DNA of 63,956 bases, the filler included, from Octopus bimaculoides (taxonomy: Eukaryota), in assembly GCF_001194135.2 (NCBI RefSeq). It is 6 parts of 6 records of this genome, joined end to end, with 100 filler letters (N's around TTAATTAATTAA, not from the genome) between each part and the next. Parts side by side here need not be neighbours in the genome. Positions count along the whole stretch, not along the records: positions 42,269 to 56,714 come from NC_068981.1; positions 56,815 to 59,629 come from NC_068990.1; positions 59,730 to 62,778 come from NC_068993.1; positions 62,879 to 63,956 come from NW_026335977.1; 2 more parts are not named here. One strand, written 5' to 3'. The notes beneath the pieces are model-generated. The model was not told the DNA's origin and searched no databases. It worked only from the letters and a program-made list of their open reading frames with translations. Below are positions 52,346-63,554 of this stretch, piece by piece; position 1 is the first letter of the stretch, and the number at the start of each line of letters is the position of its first letter. A program made the translations under genes and the position numbers.

Positions 52346-53454
52346 TATATATATATATATTGTATGTGTCTATATTTCTGCCCCCCACCACGTCACTTGA
52401 CAACCGATGTTGTTTGTCCCGTAACTTAGCGGTTTAGCGAAAGATACCAAAATACTAGTCTTACAGAGAAAAAGCCTTTGGGTCAATTTGTTTGACTAAA
52501 GGCGGTGCTCTAGCATGGCCGCAGTCAAATGACTGAAACAAGTAAAAGAATAAAAGAATAAATAATTGTTGTTGTTGTCGTCGTCGTTGTTGAAGACCAA
52601 TGACTTAGCAAGAATTTTAAAACACCAAACACAGTAAATAGTATTTCCTTTCATCCATTCCACATTCACAAGTTTAAATCCCACAGGGAAATGGTGGTGA
52701 TTGTGATAGGGGTGGGGGTGAGATAAAATGATTTCCTGTTATATATTTGCATCATCATCGTTATTGTTTTAATGTCCACTTTTCTATGCTTGCATGGGTC
52801 AGATGGAATTCAATGAGGTAGATTTTCTATGGCTGGATGCCTTTCCTGTTGCTAACCTTCGAATATCTATTTCCCCATCAACAGACATGGTTTTTGCTGA
52901 ATATTAGAAATGAACGACATTGCTTGTATGACAGTGACACTCATTTACAACTATCACAAATATGTACGATGATGATGATGATAAATGTGTATGTATATAC
53001 ATGTATGTATACATGTATGTATGTACCATTATCATTTAACGTCCCCTTCCCATGCTGGCATGGGTTTGACAGTTGGGAAAGAATGATCTAAGAGAGCTTG
53101 TAGGTGGTCAGACAACCTGCTAGAAACAACTTACTGACTTAAATAAGTGAGGAATAAAAAGATGGGATGGTTGATGGCTTGATTGCTTTTACTCACAGGT
53201 CTGTTCCACCATGGATGACCCAGGGCTAAACAACAGCAACAACAATGTTTACAATATTAAAAAAATAAATGGTGATGAGGATAGTCTTGGGATCCCCCAG
53301 CTGCCAATCCCAACAATCGTTTACAATGAAATTGTTGGCATCCAGGAAACAACATAAAATACTTCCTTCCAAATTGTAAACTATTCAACACAACTTCTGA
53401 GAGCCTCTACATGGTCACATGACCCGCTAGAAACAGCAGTTACATCTCCTTTAA

Positions 53455-53677
53455 CCCTCTTTGTTACCATATTTCTGTTGAGATGTTCTGTGTTTCTTTC
53501 AATTAATTTTAAATATAACAAAGAATTTAGTAAAATAACTTAGTTATCATTCAGCTAGTGTTAGGAACATAAATTGTGACTAAGGTTTGGTGGAAGATTT
53601 TAATTGAGAACTTTTGAAAACAAGACATTTATGCTTCAGAGCCAGAGGTGGTTTTAGCCGGGTCAGTATGAAATGGG
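53455..53677 (-). mobile_element. piggyBac-type MITE, second full copy
   Basis: TTAA at 53451-53454 and 53678-53681; reverse complement of the 51204 copy. Confidence 0.85.
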
Positions 53678-54696
53678 TTAAATTAATCATTTGTTAACCC
53701 TTTTTGTTACCATATTTCTGTTGAGATGCTTGTGTTTCGTTCAATTAATTTTAAATATAACAAAGAATTTAGTAAAACAACTACATTAAGGGTATGCATG
53801 TCTGTGGAGTACTCAGCCACTTATATGTTAATTTCATAATCAGGCTGTTCTGTTGGTCAGATCAGCAGGAAACCTTGTCTTCATAACTGATGGATTGACC
53901 ATTTATCCATGTGTACGCACGTGTAATGGTTGTGTTCAAAACGTACAAGACATAAATAAAAACAGGAAAAACAAACAACAAAACACATAAACAATAAACA
54001 AACAAACAAATGCGGTGATAAACCAAGGTGTGGAAAACGAAACAAGATGAACAGTCGATGTCTGTGGTTAAATTTTGAAGTAAAGATTAGATATGAAGAA
54101 GTTGCTGTTTGTTTGAAAATATTGAAGAAAATATTTACTACATACCCTGAAATATTCAAAGAATATTTTGATGTTGTCTTTATCCTTTTGAAAAAACAGA
54201 GCCGAATGAGACACACAGACACACACACAAAGAAAGAGAGAGAGAGGACAGTGGAGCTGTTTGAGGAGAAAGTGTGTTGGTTCAGTGATATGGTTGAAGA
54301 CAGCTGATAGAGGAAGATGAGATGACGTTGCATTTGAGAATGTGCACTTTATACTGCTGACACATACTAGTTTTGGGTTGGTCTAGAGGTAAGTGTATAC
54401 GTGTGTATGTATGTGAGTATGTGTATGAAAAGTGATAGAGGAAGCAATAAGAAGGGAAGAGAGGGTGGGTTGGATGTCAAACGGCATGTTTCTAAGAGCA
54501 CTTGTACTTCAACGTCCCAAACCGGCTACAAATGACCTTGTAAAAAAACTTGGTGTCAAAGAGACTTCGATACAACTGATCAGACAGCATTATCAACCCT
54601 AATCACTCGTTTAGTCCATTTGATATCAACCTGCCTGACACTTTCCTTGGTTTCTATGATACAAACTTCATATTTTAAATTGATCTTCATTTAAAC

Positions 54697-54953
54697 CAGT
54701 GATTTTAAAACCATTCTTTCCCAATTAACCCCTTTGAGTCCTGTTTTAACTCAACTGGACCCCCACGGCCATTTAATATTGAAACATTCCAATTATATAC
54801 TTGGGATTAAATATGATTATGGATTGTATAATAAAAAAAAATTGTCAAAATATTTTCTATAATGTAGAAGTGTAACAAATGTACTGCAGCTAAATTTTAA
54901 CAAAACCTTATATGGACCCCTAAGGGCCATATGAACCTCAGATGAGAACCCTG
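54697..54953 (-). mobile_element. hAT (Charlie-like) MITE, homolog of 16780-17069
   Basis: Ends cagtgattttaaaacc / catatgaacctcagatgagaaccctg. Confidence 0.6.
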
Positions 54954-54984
54954 GCTGAGTTGAAGCTTCCATCAAAATTTCGTT

Positions 54985-55695
54985 TGTGTTGGTATGGTCA
55001 TGTACTGCGGATGGATGAGGAGAGCTGTGTGAAGAAGTGCCACTCCCAAACAGTGGAAGGAATCTGGGGGAGAGAGAAAGTCCCAGGAAGACATGGGATG
55101 AAGTGGTGAAGCATGACCTTCAAACGTTGGGCCTCACAGAGGCAATGACGAAAGACCGAGACCTCTGTAGATATACTGTGACTGCGAAGACCCGGCTAAT
55201 AAAGTGAGTTCACAGCTGTAATCTACACCAGTGTCACATAACTCAGCCCACTCAAAAGTAACTTGGATCGTAGGGCAGCAAGCCATGCTTGAGGAGACCC
55301 ATTGAGTCAAGGACATCAACATCAAAATGAAAATCAAATCAAATTACAATCAAATGGAAATTGTAGTTGTGACTGGCTCTCATGCTGGTGGCATGTAAAA
55401 TGCACCATCCAATCGTGGCTGATGCCAGTGCCTCCTTGACTGGCTTCCGTGTCGGTGGCACGTAAAAAGCACCATCCAATCATGGCCAATGCCAGCTCCT
55501 CTGGCCCTCGTGCCGGTGGTACGTAAAAAGTACCCACCACACTCTCAGAGTGGTTGGCATTAGGAAAGGCATCCAGCTGCAGAAACACTGCCAGATCAGA
55601 CTGGGGCCTGGGGCAGCCTCCTGGCTTCCCAGACCCCAGTTGAACCGTCCAACCCATGCCAGCATGGAAAATGGACGTTAAATGATGATGATGAT
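54985..55695 (+). mobile_element. RTE-clade LINE 3' end: ORF C-terminus and 3'UTR
   Basis: WYGHVLRMDEESCVKKC..VEG..PRKTWDEVVKHDL..LGLTEAMTKDR; UTR ends ggacgttaaatgatgatgatga. Confidence 0.9.
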
Positions 55696-56056
55696 TTCAA
55701 ATAGCAGCCTAATGACAGATTTTTTTTTTAGGTAAATTTTTCCTTATTTTTCAAACTTAATCGAAATAAAAGCAAAATATTTCAGGAAATATGGGAACAA
55801 ACAGGTTAACAACCAGTCTGGTGCTGTTGGAAGTTGAAGATATTACACACACACACACATACACACATACACACGCGCACACACACACCCACTCACACTC
55901 ACACACATTCACACATACACAAACACATTCACCCACCAGCACACCCACTCACACACAAACATACACACTCACACACACACTCACACACACACACTCACTC
56001 ACACACACACACTCACACAAACACACTCACTCACACATACACACACTCACACACTA

Positions 56057-56260
56057 TAAGGCGGCGAGCTGGCAGAATGGTTAGGACGCCGGACGAAATG
56101 CTTAGCGGTATTTCGTCTGCCGCTACGTTCTGAGTTCAAATTCCGCCGAGGTCGACTTTGCCTTTCATCCTTTCGGGGTCGATTAAATAAGTACCAGTTG
56201 AACACTGAGGTCGATATAATCGACTTAATCCGTTTGTCTGTCTTTGTTTGTCCCCTATGT
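56057..56260 (+). mobile_element. SINE family A, reference-like copy
   Basis: ggcggcgagctggcagaatggttagg..gagttcaaattccgccgaggtcgactttgcctttcatcctttcggggtcgattaaataagtaccagttg. Confidence 0.92.
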
Positions 56261-56329
56261 GTGTAGTAAAGAAATAACACTCACACTCACTCACACACAC
56301 ACACACACACTCACACATACACACACACA

Positions 56330-56690
56330 TAGGGGCAGGAATGGCTGAGTGGTTAAGAAGCTTACCTGCCATCCACGAGGCTCCGTGTTCAATCCCACTG
56401 CGTGTCACTTTAGGCAAGTGTCTTCTACTGTAGCCTTGGGCTGACCAATGCCTTGTGAATGAGTTTGTGAAAGCCCAAAATATTTCTGTGTGTACTTTTG
56501 TATCCCCACCAGTTGACAACTGACGTTGGTTTGTTTACATCCCTGTAACTTCAGAGTTCAGCACAAGAGATTGGTTTACAGTGAAAGTAAAGTAGGGTGA
56601 ACTTCCCAACCACATGGTTCCAGGTTCAGTCCCACTGCATGACACTTTGGGCAAGTGTCTTCAATTACAAGCCCAGACTGACTAGAATGT
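56330..56690 (+). mobile_element. SINE family B copies (56330-56560 and a head at 56600-56690)
   Basis: Head and ctttgggcaagtgtctt motifs. Confidence 0.75.
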
Positions 56691-56894
56691 GTGTGTGTGT
56701 GTGTGTGTGTGTGTNNNNNNNNNNNNNNNNNNNNNNNNNNNNNNNNNNNNNNNNNNNNTTAATTAATTAANNNNNNNNNNNNNNNNNNNNNNNNNNNNNN
56801 NNNNNNNNNNNNNNAACAAAATATTGGAAGTCATTTTGTCCGACGCTCTGGGGATTCTACTTATCTGCCGCCCTGAAAGAAACAATTCTTTAAT

Positions 56895-57390
56895 GGCATA
56901 AATTTCAGGTTTTGGTACAAGGGCGAAGTCAGCAATTTTAAGGGCGAGGAAGTCGATTAGATCGACTTCAGTGCTCAACTGGTACTTATTTTATCAACCC
57001 CGAAAGGATGAAAGGCAAAGTCGACCTCGGCGGAATTTGAACTCAGAACGTTGAGACGGAAGAAATGCTGCTAAGCGTTTTGTCCGCTTTGTTAGAAATT
57101 CTGTCAGCCCGCTGCCGTCTTGGTTTCAAACTTCGGCACAAAGCTATCAATTTTAGTCGATTACATCAATTCCAGTATTTGACAGCTACTTTATCGACTC
57201 CGTAAAGATGAAAGGCAAAGTCGACCTAAGCAGGATTTTAATTCAGAACGCAAAAGTTCGGAAGAAATACCATAACGCATTTTATCGAAAAGAAAGGCAA
57301 GATCAACTTCGTTGGAATTTGAACTCCGAACGTAAAGAGCCGGAACAAACACCACTAAATACCGACGCTCTAATGATTCTGCCAAGCCAC
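56895..57390 (-). mobile_element. Three tandem SINE family A copies
   Basis: gatgaaaggcaaagtcgacct at about 57007 and 57207; gaaaggcaagatcaacttc at about 57292. Confidence 0.8.
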
Positions 57391-58009
57391 CGAACAAAGA
57401 CGACAGATATCGATATTTCGCAGTTATTTTATGTTCGTCAGTGCTGTATGCTCGTCTCATTTCCTAAATGAAATCAAATTTCCAGTTACAAGTATATACA
57501 AATAGTGTAAAAATCTGTTTGCTGACGCTCAATAGCGCCGCACATGCAAAATAAAATTCAAATTTGGTGTTAGAATCAGTTCAATAATATAAACTTTATC
57601 AAAATTACATAATGTATGTGTGTTGTTGAACACTTAAGATCCCATTAAAGATGCATTAATGTTTAAAAAAAGAACAGTATAGTTGAAATGAAACTGCCCC
57701 GAAGCAATTTCGTTTCGTCTGGCTTTGAAGTATACTACACGGGCACCAGAAACAATTAGTGATAGCAAGTTAGATGTTATTAACCCGTTTGCGAGTGATG
57801 CATGTGATAGAGGAGATAATGGGGCGGGTTAAGTTTTAGGAAGTTTGATTATGCTTTGGAGTGGTTTTCAGGTACGTCTGGAGAATGGTCGGAAATGGTA
57901 ACTAAATTTGTTCGATTGCACTCTTTAAAGTGGTGCCCCGTATGGCTGCAGTCCAATGAGTGAGACAAGTAAAAGGTAAAAATATAAAATAGTATGTACT
58001 ATAGATGCA

Positions 58010-58430
58010 GATATGGCTGTGTGGCTAAAAAGTTCGCTTTGAAGCTATGTGGGTTCGAGTTTAAAACCATTGTACCTTGGGCAAGTATCTTCTACTATAG
58101 CCCCGAGCCGAGCAAAGCCTTGTGAGTAACTTAGCGGTTTGGCATAAAATACCGATAGAATAAATACCGAGTTTAAAAAAATAAAGTACTGGAATCGATC
58201 TGTTCGACTAAAAAAGACCTTTGAAGACGGCGCTCCAGCATAGCCACCGTTTGAATGACTCAACAAATAAAAGATAAAAGATATTTACGTTATTACATTC
58301 TTCAGTTAATGTTGTGATGTATATTTGAATAACACTATTTTCCGTGTTTATTTTTTATCTTAAGGCGGTGCTCCAGCACGGCCGCAGTCAAATGACTGGA
58401 ACAAGTAAATGTAAAAGAGTAAAAGAATAA
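58010..58430 (+). mobile_element. SINE family B, plus an extra tail at 58360-58430
   Basis: Head, core and ggcggtgctccagcacggccgcagtcaaatgactg tail. Confidence 0.8.
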
Positions 58431-58819
58431 TATTTTGTCTTTACCGCAGGTCTTGCGCTGTTATTTCTCTTATTTTCATTTCGCTTTTATCTTGCAGTGC
58501 TATAGATTATGTTACATTCCTTATTTTGTTTCAAAATACCTCAGAATATGAAATTTTGCCTGGATCCTTTGAAGGAATATGCATGAATAATAAACTTTAA
58601 AGGTATAAAGAAAGTTGTTAAGGGTACCATTTCTAGAAGTCTTGGTCCGTGAAAATAAGATTCCGTCAATGTATAAATCAAAGGACCCAAATATTTTAAA
58701 ATAAGCAGCGCTATAAGGAGACTCACCTATTGAAACCAACGAAAATATTTCGTGAGCCTTATCAGTTTCAAGTCTCATTAGTTGTTTACATCATGTTTCC
58801 TTCGAAAGATCTAGAAAAT

Positions 58820-59040
58820 ACTGGTTTCAAATTTTGGCACGAGACCAGCAGGTTTGAAGGAGATGTCTAAGTCGATTAAATCAATCCCACTGTTCGACTT
58901 GTACTTATTTTATCGACTTCGAAAGGATGAAAGGCAAAGTTGACCCCGGCAGAATTTTGAACTCAGAACGTAAAGACGTACGAAATGCCGCTTAGCACTT
59001 AGCTCAACGTGCTAACGATTCTTCCACCTCGCCGCCATAG
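58820..59040 (-). mobile_element. SINE family A
   Basis: gtacttattttatcgacttcgaaaggatgaaaggcaaagttgacc. Confidence 0.85.
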
Positions 59041-59321
59041 GATATAAAAAAAGATTCCGATGAAAAATGTATTTCGTGTGAGAATATACTGTCCTACTTA
59101 GATGAAAGAGCAACTCTTCATCCAAACAACAACAGCCGTCACACTAAAACAAACATAGTTTCGATGGAAATAATAATAACTAAGAACAAAATTTATATTT
59201 TGTCTAGCTAAAGATTAAATATGAATGATAATTAGTACAAATCTAATAATTGTCTACTGCATAAATATTACGTTTCCCTTGAATAAATTGCTCTCATTAT
59301 ACGGGTCGCTTACATTTTTTT

Positions 59322-59541
59322 TAAATCGTATTTGTTTCAGTGATTAGATCGCGGCTGTGGTGGGGCACCGCCTTGAAGAGTGCTTTTGTCGAATGAATCG
59401 ACCCCAGCAATTGCTTTTTTAAAGTCTGGTACTTACTCTGTCTTAGCCGAACCGCTAGGTTATAGGAAGGCAAATACATCAGCACCAGTTGTCAGGCGGT
59501 GGTGGGGGACAAAAAAGACACACACGCACACACACACACAT

Positions 59542-59580
<39 letters not shown>

Positions 59581-59625
59581 GATGACGAGGTTCTTTCAGT
59601 TTCCGTCTATCAAAGTACCACGCTG
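59322..59625 (-). mobile_element. SINE family B
   Basis: Tail, (CA)(TA) core, start of head. Confidence 0.8.
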
Positions 59626-59743
59626 GGGTNNNNNNNNNNNNNNNNNNNNNNNNNNNNNNNNNNNNNNNNNNNNTTAATTAATTAANNNNNNNNNNNNNNN
59701 NNNNNNNNNNNNNNNNNNNNNNNNNNNNNGCCATCGTTTTATC

Positions 59744-59903
59744 ATGGTCCGTTGCTGTTCTAGTTTTAGTTTGGATTTCATTTGTTTTATAGCTTTTGTT
59801 GTTTCTTCTTCTTCTTCTTCTTCGTATTTGTTAGGTAGATTGATTTCTTGTTTGTATTTGTCAGCTTCCTTAAATACTGAAAACAGTTTTTTGTTTTGCT
59901 CGT
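59744..59903 (-). mobile_element. R4/Dong-like internal fragment (region after the RT)
   Basis: QIATKHEQNKKLFSVFKEADKYKQEINLP..KQMKSKLKLEQQRTMIKRW; about 85 nt identical to 62500-62583. Confidence 0.75.
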
Positions 59904-59918
59904 GTTTTGTGGCTATTT

Positions 59919-59982
<64 letters not shown>

Positions 59983-60011
59983 CATTATTATTATTATCAT
60001 TATTATTATCG

Positions 60012-60400
60012 TTCAGTAGTTTTATTTTTATCACCTGCTTTCACTGCACTACCGAGCGCAACTCTGTGTGCCTTGGATATTTGCTGTGGTTTGTTATGAT
60101 GCTCTTATTTTTACTGTATTGAAAGTGTTTTACGTAGGATGTATGCGGTGTCTAGTAGTGCTATTTTCTGTTTGTTACATATACTTGTTAGTCCTGGTGT
60201 TTTTGTTATGTATTTGTCTGAATATTTTTTGTCATACCTAATGCGCCTACTATGATAGGAATTGTTTCTGTTTTAGACACCACATTCGAGTTACTTCTAT
60301 TTCCAGATCTTTGTATTTTGAAGGTTTCTCTGTTTCTTTTTGAGAAACATTGTCATCTGTGGGTATTGATACATTGATTAGAAAGTATATTTTTTTTCTT
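60012..60400 (-). mobile_element. R4/Dong-like RLE and 3' end
   Basis: LINVSIPTDDNVSQKE..KYKDLEIEVTRMW..ETIPIIVGALG; same UTR as 62209; (TAA)n tail. Confidence 0.9.
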
Positions 60401-60443
60401 GGTGATCTCTGACAACTATATCCGGCCTATTATCCTTAATTTC

Positions 60444-60512
<69 letters not shown>

Positions 60513-60545
60513 GTTGTTGTTGTTATTGTTGTTGTTGTTGTATTG

Positions 60546-62122
60546 AAACTCACAGCTTATATTACTGGGAATGATGGAAAGTTTCAGCTGTCCCCTGCCA
60601 GCAGACTAAGGTGACACTTAGGTTATGCATTAAGAACCCTGCGAAGAATTCTTGCAGTTCCAAGCAATGCTGATTTTTGTAGGTGTTCTATCTTCACACT
60701 TGCACCAATCTTTTTTAGCTATGTTGGTAGTTGAGTGATGATACTTCCAAGTGAACCAATTACTTACTATTGGAATCACGTCTACTCTCTTCATGGACCA
60801 CAACCTTCGTTTTTCCCACTTCAAATCGTCATTAAAATTTTTTTATGCGCCCTTCTAAAGCCTAGCCAGGCTCATGGGCCTGATTTCCCGGTTTCTATGT
60901 CGTATGTCTTCCCCCCAGCTGGACGGGACGCCAATCCATCGCAGCGTTACTCAAGAAACAGGAAGAAAGAGTGAGAGAAAGTTGGGGCGAAAGAGTACAG
61001 CAAGGGTCGCTACCACCCTCTGCCGGAGCCTCGTGGAGCTTTAGGTGTTTTCGCTCAATAAACACTCACAACGCCCGGTCTGGGAATCGAAACCGCGATC
61101 TTCCGACAGCGAGTCCCTAACCACTGGGCCATAGCGCCTCCACTCAAATCGTCATACTTGTTTATTTTTTCTTCTTCTTTCATATTAATCTTGTTGTCAG
61201 CGGGGCATGCTGTGTCGATTATCTTATATGTTCTTTCTTTTTTATTACCACAACATTCCCACAAAATTTTGCAATTCTCATTTTCGGTGACTCTTTTTGG
61301 GGTTTGCTGATACATCTTTGCTCTTTGTAGACCGTGATTTCCGCAGAGTTCCCAATGGATCATTCTCGCTACATTGTCATAGCGTCTTTTGTATTCGCGT
61401 TTTGCCAATTTCGGGTATTCGCTAACGATGTGCCATACCGTTTCACCCCTCTCACCACACATTCTGCTTTTGTCGCTATCGGTAGTGTTGTCTATTCTGC
61501 ATTTCATATAATTGGTTCTTAACGCGTGATCCCAAGCTCCGCATATGAATGCTTCTGTCTCTATCTTCAGGACACTCCTCCTCATCCATAGCCACCGGTC
61601 CTCTGCATCTGTCTTGGCGTTCACATCTCTTGTAAACTGACCATACATTTTCTTTTCCTTCCATGCTTTTTCTTTTTTTCTTTGGTCATTTGTTTAAATT
61701 TTTCTTTTGTTGCACAATTTTCAGTTTTGATGACGCCGGCCTTCTTCGTGTGTTTCAACAATGGCTCCACAGCATTTTTTATATACCACCCTAAGCTGTT
61801 TTCCTCTGCTTCGATACAGCCCTGGCAACTGATCAAGCCTCTCCCACCCTTCCTTCTGGATAGTACAGCCTCTCGGTGTCACTCTTAAGGTGGAAGGATT
61901 TGTGTACTGTCAACATTTTTCTAGTCTTGGTATCCGTTTTCTTCATTTCTCTCTTTTACCATTTTATAATTCCTGCTCCATACCGAAGTCATGCTATCGC
62001 CCATGTATTAACTGCTTAGATTTTATTCCATCCAGTCGATTTTGAGTGCAAAGACAACCTTAGTCTTCGGAAAAACTCCATCTTCAGTTGTTCTTTCATT
62101 TCCTTTTCCATGATCGCGTTGA

Positions 62123-62124
<2 letters not shown>
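60546..62124 (-). mobile_element. 5'-truncated R4/Dong-like element: RT thumb, CCHC region, RLE, UTR; carries a SINE insertion
   Basis: NKI.AVNTWA..LRYGAGIIKW..KSDTERLY; RMCGERGETVWHIVSE; YKRRYDNVARMIHWEL; IIDTACPAD; LQKSALLGTARILRRVL; TAA-type tracts at both ends. Confidence 0.93.
60833..61143 (-). mobile_element. SINE with the family F head and an alternative tail; 12-bp TSD
   Basis: tcaaatcgtcat at 60821-60832 and 61144-61155; A-rich end. Confidence 0.92.
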
Positions 62125-62200
<76 letters not shown>

Positions 62201-62208
62201 CATTATTG

Positions 62209-62656
62209 TTCAGTAGTTTTATTTTTATAACGTGCTTTCACTTCACTACCGAGCGCAGCTCTGTGTGCCTTGGGTATGTGCTGTGGTTTGCTGTGGTGCT
62301 CTTATGGTTACTGTATTAAAAGTGTTTGGCGTAGGATGTGTGCAGTGCCCAGTAATGCAATTTTCTGTATGTTATACATATTTGTAAGTCCTGGTGTTTT
62401 TGTTATGTATTTGTCTGAATATTTTTTTATTATACCTAAGGCACCTACTATAATAGGAATTGTTTCTGTTTTTAGATTCCACATTCGATTCCACATTCGA
62501 TTGATTTCTTGTTTGTATTTGTCAGCTTCCTTAAATACTGAAAACAGTTTTTTGTTTTGCTCGTGTTTTGTGGCTATTTGTATTAATTTCCCTTGCTTCT
62601 GGAGTAGGTATTTTTGCAGTCCTATGGTGGTTATTTTATAATAGTTTTCCAGCTGT
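62209..62656 (-). mobile_element. R4/Dong-like deletion derivative
   Basis: Post-RT segment fused in frame to RMWNLKTETIPIIVGALG..LGTAHILRQTL; (TAA)n tail at 62125-62208. Confidence 0.88.
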
Positions 62657-62779
62657 GACTTTTGTTTTGCATTTGTACAAGTTGGATCCAAGTCTCACCC
62701 AGAGACCTCAAGAGACAACAAGTTAGAAGTTCATGTAGGTGTTATGCCTAGGGTACCATATATTTCGATTTGTACATAN
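62657..62779 (-). mobile_element. 3'UTR of the second Dong-like family
   Basis: Near-identical to 28828-28945. Confidence 0.9.
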
Positions 62780-63554
62780 NNNNNNNNNNNNNNNNNNNNN
62801 NNNNNNNNNNNNNNNNNNNNNNTTAATTAATTAANNNNNNNNNNNNNNNNNNNNNNNNNNNNNNNNNNNNNNNNNNNNTACATATTTGGTATACATTGAA
62901 AAAATATAGTTTCAATTGACACCAGCTTGAGTTTTAGCTTATACATACTTCACACAATGTATAGCTACTTCTAATGTCTACCAAATACTACATATAGCAG
63001 AATATACATACATAGATACATATTAGAGAGATCCTCACAGATTATACAACTAAATAATCTAGGAAAATCCTTTTGTGAAAGATGGAATGTCTGAAAATTA
63101 TAGACAAACTAATCCAAGGCAGATTTCTCATCGTCATTGGCGGCAAAACTACGTCTGCAAATGTAATGTTGTCATAGCAACTAACACAGACTAGGCAAGA
63201 GAAAGCTTGTTGTTAAGGGCAACGACACGTATTTTTACCGCCAAAACAAACAGTGACCAACAAGGAAGTATGGCGGTCATATAACACACATAAATGAATA
63301 CATAAACACACATATAGGATCTTTACCTTAAAATAATTTTTTGCAACTGAACACTTTCAAATTTCGGACACTAGTAGAATGTGTCACATAAAACATCATT
63401 TACTCTTGGCCTTTTTTGAGAAAAATGCATATTTTCGAAGTTATTTCATGTTAAAGTTGTCTTATTTGTGTAATTTCAACCAATCAATGACATCTATTGA
63501 GGTGAAAACAATTACTGCTGTGGTTTGTCAACAAGAGGTTCTGGCGGTGTATAT

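Noticed and set aside
58450-58810. Exon candidates (+ signal-peptide-like SCAVISLIFISLLSCSA; - MRLETDKAHEIFSLVSI|gtgagt)
   Set aside because: Splice-like signals on both strands and no recognisable protein; the same applies to 9240-9305, 19755-19790, 24709-24756 and the donor near 54389
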